Positions 7,523 through 16,363 of a stretch of DNA of 25,392 bases are shown piece by piece (within the stretch, counting starts at the first letter, position 1; every line of letters starts with the position of its first letter). This DNA comes from Planctomycetota bacterium (GTDB lineage: Bacteria > Planctomycetota > SZUA-567 > H5-PLA8). The stretch is taken from positions 1-25,392 of the forward strand of contig JBBRPR010000091.1 of NCBI GenBank assembly GCA_038227875.1, read 5' to 3'. Both the position numbers and the translations under genes were made by a program. Under the pieces are notes generated by a model. That model did not search any database. It saw nothing but the letters and a program-made list of their open reading frames with translations, and was not told the origin of the DNA.

Positions 7523-10500
7523 CTATTGTTTCGGCGCGACGCTGGTGCCGGTGGCGATGGTGTAGACGCCGGCGGTCGTCTGTACGGGCAGCTTGACTTC
7601 GACGTTGCGGGAGCCGTTGGCGCGGGCCTGGTCGAGGTAGATCACTTCAACCAGTTCGCCTTCGAAGAGCGAGAGCGTCTTGGGATCCGGTTCGCCGAGG
7701 TTCAGGTTGGTGCGGATCGCGCCTTCGAAGATGCCGGTCTTCTCGCCGGTCTCTTCCAGCGTCACGACCTTGGTGTCGCCACTGCCGCGGGCCTTGACGG
7801 TGACGGCCAGCTTGTCGCGGCGCTTGTCGGAGAGATTCATGTCGGCGTCCATGACGCGGATCTTCAGCGGTTCGCCGATGGTCAGCGACCCGGATGCTTT
7901 CGCGTTCTCGCCGGTTTTCAGATCCGCGGTGAGTTTGTCGACGACTTCGAGTTTCCCGTCGGCGCCTGCCAGCAGCAGGTCGCCCCAGGTGTCGGGATGT
8001 TCGCTGGTGCGGACGGCGGAGGTGCCGGCCCAATAGTAGTAGAGCGGCGTGCCGGTGCAGATCGAGAGGTTCATACCGATGATGCGGCCGGGCTGCGCAC
8101 TGAAGTTCTTGCACATCTCGAAGGGCAGATGCACTTCCATGGTCCAGCCGTCGGCGGTCTTGGTGGCGGTGCGCTGGATCTGCGCGGAGGTGTAGGTGGG
8201 CATCGAGAGTTCGCCCTTCTCATTGAAGATCGCTTCGCCGCCGACGACGTTGTCGTCGCCCTGCATGCCGAAGGGCCAGATCCAGAACTGCTGCGTCCAC
8301 TTGCTGCCGCGGCCCTTGTCCTTGGTGTTGCGCGCGTCGAAGAAGATTTCAATGGCGTCGCCGTCCCAGAAATTTGCCGGGCGGACTTTGGTGATCTGGC
8401 CGTCGGCGTCCTTGACGTCGTAGAAGAAGTAGATGCCCGTGTTGTCCCAAGCGAGTTTGACGAACTGCGGCTCGACGATTTTCAGATTCGCGCCGGCGCC
8501 GTCGAGTTCCTTGTGCATGGAGACGGCGGGAATGTCCTTCCACTTCTCGGCCTTGCCGTCGAGCTTCATCGGTTCGCGCAGGTACGGAATCGCGGTGAAG
8601 TACTTGGTCGCGAACTTGGGCTTGTACGGATCGGTCTTGGCGGGCACCCCGGCCACTTCGCCGGTCGACGGCGGCGGAACGAGCATCACGCCGTAGCTCA
8701 TGCGGTCCTTGATTTCCTCGGCCGTCGAGGCGTCACCTTCCGCGCCTTTGCGTTCGAAGACTTCGCCCTGCGCGGCGGCCTGGTCGCGCGTGTGGATTTC
8801 ATCGGTGAGCTTGGCGTGTTCTTCCTTGTCGTATTTGTAGAGTCCGCGTCCGCCGCCGGTGCCTGCGCCGCGTCCGCCGGAGTTGCGCGAAATCGCGTGC
8901 TGGCGCAGACCCGCCACGCCGCCGGGACCGCCAGCGTTGCCGCCGAGTCCGTTTCCGCCTGCCCCGCCTGCTCCACCCGCGCCGCCTGCGCTGGCCGAGC
9001 CTGAAGCGCCTGCCGCGCCACCTGCGGCGCCGTTGTTCTTTGCGCCGGCCATGCCGCCGGCTCCGCCGCCATCACCGCTCTCTTCGCCGTCGCCCGCGCC
9101 GCCTTCGAGGAAGCCCATGCGTCCGGCTTTGACATTCTTGCTGAGATTTTTGACGCGAGCCAGCAGCCCGGCGACGTTACCCGTGCCGCCGCCACCCTCG
9201 CCACCGTCGCCCTCGGCGCCGTCCGCGCCCGCAGCACCGGCCGCTCCGGCGGCGCCCGCGGCGCCGTGTTTGCCATGGCGTCCATTCGGGCCGTGCGCGG
9301 CGGCGATGTCCGTGCCGGCGATGCCCAACGCAACGTCGTCTTCACCGGCGTTGTTGGTGACATCGGAGAGATTTTTGTCCGCGAGGCCTTCGACGGCTTT
9401 CTTCAGCTTGTCGCCGACGGCCTTGGAGCGCGCCGCGTTCTTGTTGTCGGTGGCGTTGGCCGCGCCGAGGTTCTCGCTCTTGTCGAGCGCGTCGGTGCTG
9501 GCGTCGCCGGCGTGAGCGAGGCCCGGCACTTTGCTCTTGAGGAGTTCGTTGACCTTCGCGCGCACTTCCGCGACGGCCGCGTCGTCGGTGATGCCATCCT
9601 TGTTCAGCGAGCTGGCGAAGGCGTCGCCGAGTTTCTGGGTCAGGCGCGGCACCGCGTTCTGTTCGAAGTTCTGTTTGAACTTCTCGTCCATGGCGCTCTT
9701 AATTTCGCCGTCCTTGAGTTCCTTCATCACCGCGCGGGCCAGCGCGCTGGGATCGAACTGCGCCTTGTCGGCGCTGTCGCGTGCGGCGGTGGCGGCATCG
9801 GCGAGTTTCTTCGCCGCGTCGGCCGCGTCGGCAACGTTGCTGCCCATGCCGTCGAGGTTGCCGTCCTTGGCGGATTGTTTGGCCGCGCCGATTTTGCCTT
9901 CGGCGGCCTTGCCTTCATTGTTGGCGGCGCCGGCGACCTGGTTGTGGAGATCGTCGCCGAAGGACGAGGCCTTTTCGGCGGCCTTGCCCAGTTTGGCGTT
10001 GGCGTCCTTCAATTCGTTTTCGGCCTGGTTGACGGTGCGCGTTTCGTTGGCGACCACGCGGCCGGACTGCGCATCGCCGGTCTTGCCTGCATTGGCGGCC
10101 GCAGCTTCGGCCTTGCCGATGCGATCATTGATACCCTTGAGGCCCGCAACGGCGGCGTCGGCCTGTTTTTTGGCATTATCGAGATCGGCTTTGGCGGCCG
10201 CTTTGTCCTTGGCGTCGCCCGTGGAGCCGTCGATCGCGCCTTTCAATCCGGCGATGGTGTCGTCGAGTTTCTTCGCGGCATCACCGGCGGCGGCGACATG
10301 TTTGCGCGTGGCGTCGCCGTCACCCTTTGCGGCGGAATCTTTCGCGCCGCCGATCTCCTTCGAGGCGGCTTCGCCGTCATTCTTCACCGCGTTGTCGATC
10401 TTGGCCTTGACGTCCGCCGCGCCGACTTTCTCGCCGGCCTTCTGGATGCCGTCGAGCGCCGACTTGACCTGGTTCTCCGCCTGTTCGATGCCCGCCTCTT

Positions 10501-11332
10501 CGCCTTTCACCAGTGTGCTGGCGCGTTCGGTGGCGTCCTTCTTGGCCTGGGAATTCGTGGTGTCGGCGTTCTTGATCCGTTCGGAAGCCGCAGCGAGGTC
10601 ATCGCGGGCGCGTTCGGCCTGCTTGACGGCGGCGTCGAGGTTGTTCTTGAGATCGGTGCGTTCGCGTTCGACCAGGTTCTTCTCATCGCGCACGATCGCC
10701 GCGCCGGCCTGCTGCAGCGGGACGCCGACGGCGCGTTCGATGTTCTTGCGGTAATCATCGGCGAGCTTCGGGACGATGTCCTTGTCGACGGCATCGATAA
10801 AATCCGCGGCGAGGTCCTTGGCCGCCGAGCCGGAGAGGTCGCGTTCGAGTTCCGTGACCATCGCGCCTTTGACGTCCTGGAGCTTGGCTTCCAGATCCGC
10901 ATCGGAGGCTGTGGCGCTGCCGAGTTCCGTGGCGTAGTTGTTGAGCTTGTCGTCGATGCCCTTGACCACGTCCTTCCAGACCTTGTCCTTGGAGTCGTTG
11001 GAGAGGTCGTTCTGGACGATCTTCTCGAAGTCCTGCTTGATCAGGTCGGCGACTTCCTTTTTGCTCGCTTCCAAGTTGAGCTTCTTGGTCTCTTCGCGGC
11101 CCTTCTTTTCAGCCTCTTTGAGCTGGAGCGCGACGCGCTTTTCTTCTTCGAGCGCCGCGATTTCCGCCTTGTGTTTCACGTACGCCGGCACGCCCCAGCA
11201 GACCAGGAAGCCCAAGTGCGCGCCCGCGGAGAGAATGATGAAGACGCGGAGTTTGGTGATGATGGGGCGCGGAGGCGCGACCACGACGGTGGGTTCGACG
11301 GGCGCGGTCTCGGGTTCGGCGACGGTGGACAT
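7523..11332 (-). CDS. 1269-aa TonB/TolA-like membrane-anchored protein: SxxxH TM helix, long helical region, Gly-rich linker, CBM9-like domain, C-terminal Ig-like domain
   Basis: SD gaggag precedes ATG at 11332. TM segment IILSAGAHLGFL. CBM9/DOMON-like motifs KLDGKAEKW, KLAWDNTGIYF, FWDGDAIEIFFD, GWTMEVHLPF and PDTWGDLLL. The terminal domain has IRVMDADMN and LEETGEKTGIFEG. Lies directly after exbD. Confidence 0.8.
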   Translation of the reverse strand: MSTVAEPETAPVEPTVVVAPPRPIITKLRVFIILSAGAHLGFLVCWGVPAYVKHKAEIAALEEEKRVALQLKEAEKKGREETKKLNLEASKKEVADLIKQDFEKIVQNDLSNDSKDKVWKDVVKGIDDKLNNYATELGSATASDADLEAKLQDVKGAMVTELERDLSGSAAKDLAADFIDAVDKDIVPKLADDYRKNIERAVGVPLQQAGAAIVRDEKNLVERERTDLKNNLDAAVKQAERARDDLAAASERIKNADTTNSQAKKDATERASTLVKGEEAGIEQAENQVKSALDGIQKAGEKVGAADVKAKIDNAVKNDGEAASKEIGGAKDSAAKGDGDATRKHVAAAGDAAKKLDDTIAGLKGAIDGSTGDAKDKAAAKADLDNAKKQADAAVAGLKGINDRIGKAEAAAANAGKTGDAQSGRVVANETRTVNQAENELKDANAKLGKAAEKASSFGDDLHNQVAGAANNEGKAAEGKIGAAKQSAKDGNLDGMGSNVADAADAAKKLADAATAARDSADKAQFDPSALARAVMKELKDGEIKSAMDEKFKQNFEQNAVPRLTQKLGDAFASSLNKDGITDDAAVAEVRAKVNELLKSKVPGLAHAGDASTDALDKSENLGAANATDNKNAARSKAVGDKLKKAVEGLADKNLSDVTNNAGEDDVALGIAGTDIAAAHGPNGRHGKHGAAGAAGAAGAAGADGAEGDGGEGGGGTGNVAGLLARVKNLSKNVKAGRMGFLEGGAGDGEESGDGGGAGGMAGAKNNGAAGGAAGASGSASAGGAGGAGGAGGNGLGGNAGGPGGVAGLRQHAISRNSGGRGAGTGGGRGLYKYDKEEHAKLTDEIHTRDQAAAQGEVFERKGAEGDASTAEEIKDRMSYGVMLVPPPSTGEVAGVPAKTDPYKPKFATKYFTAIPYLREPMKLDGKAEKWKDIPAVSMHKELDGAGANLKIVEPQFVKLAWDNTGIYFFYDVKDADGQITKVRPANFWDGDAIEIFFDARNTKDKGRGSKWTQQFWIWPFGMQGDDNVVGGEAIFNEKGELSMPTYTSAQIQRTATKTADGWTMEVHLPFEMCKNFSAQPGRIIGMNLSICTGTPLYYYWAGTSAVRTSEHPDTWGDLLLAGADGKLEVVDKLTADLKTGENAKASGSLTIGEPLKIRVMDADMNLSDKRRDKLAVTVKARGSGDTKVVTLEETGEKTGIFEGAIRTNLNLGEPDPKTLSLFEGELVEVIYLDQARANGSRNVEVKLPVQTTAGVYTIATGTSVAPKQ

Positions 11333-11360
11333 GAACTCTCCTCGATAGGACGAACTCTTA

Positions 11361-11518
11361 AATCTCACGCAAAGCCGCAAAGGCGCAAAGAACGGCACGA
11401 ACAGAATTTTGTGTTATTGGTCTTACACCGAAATCGCGTTCCACTGGCTGGGTGCGATTCCCGATTCTATCCAAAAGCAGTTGCCGTTCTTTGCGTCTTT
11501 GCGGCTTTGCGTGAGATT
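11361..11518. repeat. Inverted-repeat element (37-bp arms built of cgcaaag units, 84-nt spacer)
   Basis: aatctcacgcaaagccgcaaaggcgcaaagaacggca at 11361-11397 and its reverse complement at 11482-11518, with one mismatch. Confidence 0.85.
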
Positions 11519-11525
11519 GAAAACC

Positions 11526-12020
11526 TCAATTTGTCTTTTTCGGTGCCGCATCGCTGCCCGCATTGCCTGCGTCGACCTGGAAGCTCACGTTGCGGATGCC
11601 GGCGACTTTTACTGCGTTCCAGACTTGCATCACGACCTGGTACTTGGCGTCCTTGTCGCCGGCGATGACGACGGCGGCTTTCTTCTGGGCTTTGTCGCTC
11701 TCATCTTTGTACTTCCTCAGGTCGTCGACCAGTTCGGTCAGGCTGCCGTAGAAGTCTTCGGATTTCTTCGAGCCGCGTTTGGCGACCTGGCCGTCGGCGT
11801 TGACGGCGACCGTCCAGGCGTCTTCAGTCAGGATCGTTTCGGCGGCGGAGTTGGTCTTCAGTTCGGGCAGATTCACTTCCATGCCTTCGATCTGCTTGAT
11901 CGAGGGCGCGGTGATCATGAAGATGACCAGCAGCACGAGCATCACATCGACCATGGGCGTAACGTTGATTTCCGCGACGGCGCGTTTCTTGCCGCCGGTC
12001 GTTCCGGCGCTCATCCCCAT
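11526..12020 (-). CDS. exbD: ExbD/TolR family biopolymer transport protein
   Basis: EINVTPMVDVMLVLLVIFMITAP (with the conserved Asp) and IAGDKDAKYQVVMQV motifs. ATG at 12020 abuts the exbB stop. ExbD versus TolR cannot be resolved here. Confidence 0.93.
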   Translation of the reverse strand: MGMSAGTTGGKKRAVAEINVTPMVDVMLVLLVIFMITAPSIKQIEGMEVNLPELKTNSAAETILTEDAWTVAVNADGQVAKRGSKKSEDFYGSLTELVDDLRKYKDESDKAQKKAAVVIAGDKDAKYQVVMQVWNAVKVAGIRNVSFQVDAGNAGSDAAPKKTN

Positions 12021-12021
12021 G

Positions 12022-12801
12022 TTAGTGGCCCTTTCCCGCGACGGCGACTTCGGCTTCCGCGCGAGCTGGGGACTGGCCTTTTTCGGCGTGCTTGCCATTG
12101 CTGGTGGTGGGGCGGGGTTCGGCGCTGCTCAGGCTGTTCTCACTGCGCACGGCCAGCGCGACGCGTTCGATGAACATGTCGCAGGATTCCTGCAGGCTGT
12201 CCATCTTGGCCAGCAATGCGTTGTAGGCCATCACGGCGGGGATGGCGACGGCCAGGCCCATGGCGGTGGCGATCAGCGCGGCGGCAATGCCCGGCGCGAC
12301 CACGGAGAGACTGGCGGACTTGGCATCACCGAGGTTCTGGAAGGTCGACATGATGCCCCAGACCGTGCCGAAGAGACCGATGAAGGGCGAGGCGCTGGCG
12401 ACGGAGGCCAGGAATCCCAGGCCCCAGCGGATGGTGTTGAATTCGGCCTTGCAGGTGTGGTTCATGCGCTGATGGATCTTGTCGATGTAGTCGTCGGGGT
12501 GGCTGGCGGCGAGGACGCGGGCCTGCGCGGCGGCCTCCATGCCGGCCTTGTAGATGGCGTTGAGCGGCGCCGGGGCTTCGGCGGCGAGGACGGTGACGTT
12601 CATCACGCTGCGGCTGTCGTCGAAGAGCTTGATGAAGGCGTCGTTGTTCTTCTTGGCCTTGGAGATGGCCTTGATTTTCATGAAGATGATCGCCCAGGAG
12701 ACGATCGAGAAAAGGATGAGCATGTAGAGGACGCTCTGTTCGAGCGGACTGGATGAGGCAACCGACTTGGTTACCAGTTCCCACATTGAGGTGTGCATCA
12801 C
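12022..12801 (-). CDS. exbB: MotA/TolQ/ExbB proton channel family protein
   Basis: LILFSIVSWAII, ASASPFIGLFGTVWGIM and PGIAAALIATAMGLAVAIPA motifs. Start is GTG 12801 or ATG 12798. The sequence looks TolQ-like, so the symbol is tentative. Confidence 0.93.
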   Translation of the reverse strand: MMHTSMWELVTKSVASSSPLEQSVLYMLILFSIVSWAIIFMKIKAISKAKKNNDAFIKLFDDSRSVMNVTVLAAEAPAPLNAIYKAGMEAAAQARVLAASHPDDYIDKIHQRMNHTCKAEFNTIRWGLGFLASVASASPFIGLFGTVWGIMSTFQNLGDAKSASLSVVAPGIAAALIATAMGLAVAIPAVMAYNALLAKMDSLQESCDMFIERVALAVRSENSLSSAEPRPTTSNGKHAEKGQSPARAEAEVAVAGKGH

Positions 12802-13080
12802 GTTCCCCCGTTCTGAAGTGTCGCCTGAAAAGTTGATCTACTTGTTATAGCCATACACCGGAGTGGAGTATCTATTGCAACAGAAATGGAAGGCTTGTCA
12901 AAATTTACACTGACGAGTGACTCACCGGCGGTCTTAGACTTCTTTCCCGATGCGAGTCGCGGAGGGGACGGAATTTTGGCGGGTTCGGTACTCCTTCTAT
13001 TGGGGTGGATGTTACGGAATGTTACCAAATGTTACAGGGTCGCGAGTCGCGTCATAGGTGCACGGTGTGAGGAGTAATTC

Positions 13081-13112
13081 ATCTCACGCAAAGCCGCGAA
13101 GCCGCAAAGAAC
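13081..13112. repeat. Third (solo) copy of the cgcaaag repeat arm
   Basis: atctcacgcaaagccgcgaagccgcaaagaac matches 11362-11393 with 2 mismatches. Confidence 0.8.
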
Positions 13113-13152
13113 TGCATTTGATGAGTTCGGTTGTTTTGAAGTTATTCGTGGC

Positions 13153-14019
13153 TCAGCCGAGTCCTCCAAAGCCTGGCTTCTTCCGTTCGATGGTGTGAAT
13201 GAGGGCGTTGGCGTCCTTTTTGAGTTTGCCCACGGAACGGTCGGCGAGTTCCTGGAGCGCTGGGAGCGCTTCGGGGCCGATGTCGATCAGGGCGAAGAAA
13301 CTGGATCCGTCGGGGTCCATTTCCAAGGCGCGCACGAGCGCGGGTGCGGCGTCGGATGCCTCGGGCCCGAAGGTGCCGAGCGTGGCGGCGGCGATGTCGC
13401 GGACGTCGCGCTTGGTGTCAGCCAGGAGGGCGATCAACTGCGCTTTCGCGGTGGGGTGATCTTGTTTCAGGATTTCGAGGACCTTGCGCTCGGCGGCGGT
13501 GATGGCACGTCGGAAACCGGTCATCAGGTTGGGAACTTTGGAGGTGTACTGTTCGAAGACCTTGTCGTCCTTTTCGGCCTGATGGTCGACGATGAGTAGC
13601 GCTGTTCCGGTATCCTCGTTGGTATAGTACTCGTGGCACCACATTGTAAACGGATGCTCGCCCAGTCGCCCCGGTGATCGGTCGTATTGCTTTTCCTCCG
13701 TACACGGAATTGGACTGATTTTCTTCACGTCTTGTTCAGTCCACCAAAAATATCCAGCCAACGAACCCTGCTCCCACTGAAACAGCAGTGTTCCATCACC
13801 TCGTTCCAGATGAGGTTTGAGGTCCTCCCACCCGATATAGCGATTTCTCTTTTTCATCAGCCGTTTGAAGCGCCAGGAACCCATAGCAGTTGCACCGACC
13901 GCAATAGGCCAACAGAAAATCCAAAGCACGCCTAGCACGCAGATCCCTAGCAGGAAAGGCAGCGCGAGGATGCAACCGAAGGGTCGATCGAGTGTTACGC
14001 CGCGTCTTCTTCTGGGCAT
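13153..14019 (-). CDS. Membrane-anchored HEAT/PBS-lyase repeat protein
   Basis: N-terminal hydrophobic segment. C-terminal LIALLADTKRDVRDIAAATLGTFGPEASDAAPAL and ALIDIGPEALPAL HEAT-type repeats. Confidence 0.75.
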   Translation of the reverse strand: MPRRRRGVTLDRPFGCILALPFLLGICVLGVLWIFCWPIAVGATAMGSWRFKRLMKKRNRYIGWEDLKPHLERGDGTLLFQWEQGSLAGYFWWTEQDVKKISPIPCTEEKQYDRSPGRLGEHPFTMWCHEYYTNEDTGTALLIVDHQAEKDDKVFEQYTSKVPNLMTGFRRAITAAERKVLEILKQDHPTAKAQLIALLADTKRDVRDIAAATLGTFGPEASDAAPALVRALEMDPDGSSFFALIDIGPEALPALQELADRSVGKLKKDANALIHTIERKKPGFGGLG

Positions 14020-14085
14020 GGAGCGGGATGTTCCTGCGGGATAGCCGTGGGGTATGCGTCCGTATACGCGATCAGTGATTCTCTA

Positions 14086-15888
14086 TTATATAAAGCAACC
14101 ATTGAGCCCGAAAATCAAGGGAAATCTGGTGAATGAGCTAATTTGAGCAGGAATGAGAGCGAATGATAGCAAATGAGCTGAAATGAGCAGGTTTGAGCGT
14201 AAATGAGCGCGTTTGAGCAGGAATGAGCGTGAATGAGCAGGAATGAGCGTGAATGAGCTATCGAACGACCATTTGATGTTTTTCGAGGTGTATCCAGTGA
14301 TTTTTGTCGGCATGCCTTTGAATCGAAACCAGCCTTCCTTTTCACCGCGAAGGATTTTACACAGAAGTCGATTCCAGCCCTTCTCAACCTGCATGGTAAA
14401 CCAGTGGCAATTATTCCGTCCCAGCGCGTAGGTAAAGCCTTTTGTGTCAGTATACACTTCTTTCCCGTTGCACCAGATTTTCATTCCGCCCCGGTGTTCC
14501 ACTGACAGATCAACCGTTCCCGCTTCGTCAAAATACAGATACGAGTGCGCATAGGCGACCTGATTCGGAGCGGTCCAAAGACTGGGCTCTCCAGCCTTAT
14601 AGTGTGTAATCCAGCCACTCTTCCACTGGTGGTCCTGAACGGACTTACCTTCCTCAGCAGCCATTGCGGCTTCATTAGGCACAGTCTCGCTTTTCAGCGT
14701 CGCTTCGGAGTCCTCTGTGCCAGGGAATGGGCCCAGGATCTGGAACTTTGCACTGTGGCCCTCGTCCAGCATGCCAAAGGTCGAGTAAATAAAGGGCGCA
14801 TTGGGATTGAAATCAAGAGCATCCGGACCGGGTTTGTCGCCAGTGGGCTTGGCCGACTGAATCCGTCCGGTCCCAAATGGACCGTTGAGCGTCACGCTCC
14901 AGGTTTTGGGCGGCTTCGCACCAGCATAAAGCCCCGTCCCGTCGCCACGAAATCCCACCGGATGTTCAAGAGATGGCATGAAGTCGGCATCGCCAAGTAC
15001 GGGCGCCGATCGTTTAGGTGTATCCACTTTCGGATCGCCGGACTCTATCGGCGTCACTTCAGTCAGGGGTGCGTGCTTGTGGGAAAGTGAGATGGCTGTG
15101 CCCGTCAGGGTCACCACTACAATACCGCAGACAAATTTGAACATGACGCTACCACCTTTCAGGGAGGTCGAACCTGTTGAGGAGTTTGCGCCGAAGGTAG
15201 CGGAGCCACTCAATTCACCTTTCGCGGCAAGATGACTAAGCCCGGTGGCCAGACCCGCGGGAATAACATCCTGCGGAGTCGAAGCCATGGCCGTGACCAA
15301 CCCCTCAGCAGTTAATGGGTAGCCCGCATAGTTCAAAGTGGCGCGAAGAGTGTCCAAACCCCGTTTGATTTGATTGCGAACGGTGCTGCTGGGCAGGTCG
15401 AGCATTGAGGCAATTTCGCCGGGTGTAAACCCTTCGCCGTGGCACAACCAGACAGAAACACGGTTCTGCTCCGGCAGATCGTATAGGGCTTCGGACAACA
15501 TTTCCCTGAATTCACTGCTGAGTTCTGTACCTTCGGAAACGGTGGCGGGCAGAGTTGCAGCCGCGCGTTCACGGGCGGTCCTTCGTCTTTCCGTGCGAAT
15601 TTTTTGGCGACAACTGTTCACGACAAAACTCATCACCCATCTCCTTGGCGTGGATTTCCCAGAATGGAAGTCCCCGGCATGCCGCATGATTTCACAGAAT
15701 GCTCCTTGCACGGCGTCCTCGGCGTCGGCGGTATTATTGAGCAGACGTCGCGCCATCCGAAAGGCGGAGTCCGCGTGCAGTCGGAAGAACTCGCCGAGTG
15801 CGGCACGATCATCGTGTTGTGAAAACTGAAGCAACAGATGTTCGTCGGGTTCACGTAGCGTACGCACCGGTGCTTCTTCATCCGTCAT
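14086..15888 (-). pseudogene. Membrane-anchored ECF sigma factor fusion, C-terminally truncated (beta-propeller lost)
   Basis: Sigma2 (DAEDAVQ), sigma4 (LPEQNR...EIASMLDLPSSTVRNQIKRG) and a TM helix are present. It is collinear with 16364..19336 up to NIKWS (about 14266), then reads through a decamer repeat to a fortuitous stop. It could still be expressed. Confidence 0.75.
14131..14260. repeat. Tandem array of 13 degenerate 10-bp units (consensus gaatgagcNN)
   Basis: gaatgagcta atttgagcag gaatgagagc gaatgatagc aaatgagctg aaatgagcag gtttgagcgt aaatgagcgc gtttgagcag gaatgagcgt gaatgagcag gaatgagcgt gaatgagcta. Confidence 0.95.
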
Positions 15889-16121
15889 CGTGATCGCTCC
15901 GCGTCAACTAATATTAAAGGGCCGCTAATCGTATTGGCGTCTCAAGAATTCTATGAATTATCAACGAGTTGCTCACGTTAAATCGGCGCGTGTCGAGGTG
16001 CGATGTTACTTAAAGGCGAACGACTCCATCGGCTGTCCCTCTGGTGGTACAACTCACAAGCCCTCTTATTGCCGAGTTGGCCTTTGGAGGCCGCACAATC
16101 CGATACGAATCAGATCGATGA

Positions 16122-16259
16122 GCTGATTTATGGTTTTCCAAGCTCTTTAGCACATCCAGAACGCTAGAGGAAATTCAGATAGATATCACCGGAGTGACTA
16201 AGCTTGAACTGGAGACTAAGTGCAGTGGCGATGATAGTTCGCACACGCATTATGAATAA
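16122..16259 (+). pseudogene. Possible NPCBM/NEW2 carbohydrate-binding domain fragment
   Basis: Reads ADLWFSKLFSTSRTLEEIQIDITGVTKLELETKCSGDDSSHTHYE*, which resembles the NPCBM C-terminal strands (vDvtG..LeL). No start codon, and an in-frame stop lies just upstream. Confidence 0.4.
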
Positions 16260-16363
16260 AAACAGAGTTGAAGAACTGAAGCCTCCGTTGGACTTAAATC
16301 GAAAACCTCTCCCAAGCGCTATAGGGTCGAATTGATAGGGTGCCTTGCCCTCGCCTGGCGACA

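Noticed and set aside
11333..11398. Track N-terminal extensions (11398, also 12098, 4930, 23869 and 836)
   Set aside because: Downstream starts have better SD or signal-peptide context. The 11398 extension merely translates the inverted repeat.
7526..12756. Long + strand ORFs (7526..9004, 9266..11668, 9531..10754, 11409..12173, 11779..12756)
   Set aside because: They are antisense shadows of strongly GC3-biased minus-strand genes and have no recognisable motifs.
7523..12801. Canonical tolQRA or exbBD-tonB operon
   Set aside because: No TonB_C/TolA-III-like C-terminus is recognisable, no tolB or pal follows, and the third gene is far longer than TolA or TonB.
14131..14260. Decamer array as a CRISPR array
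   Set aside because: The units are contiguous 10-mers with no spacers, and there are no cas genes.
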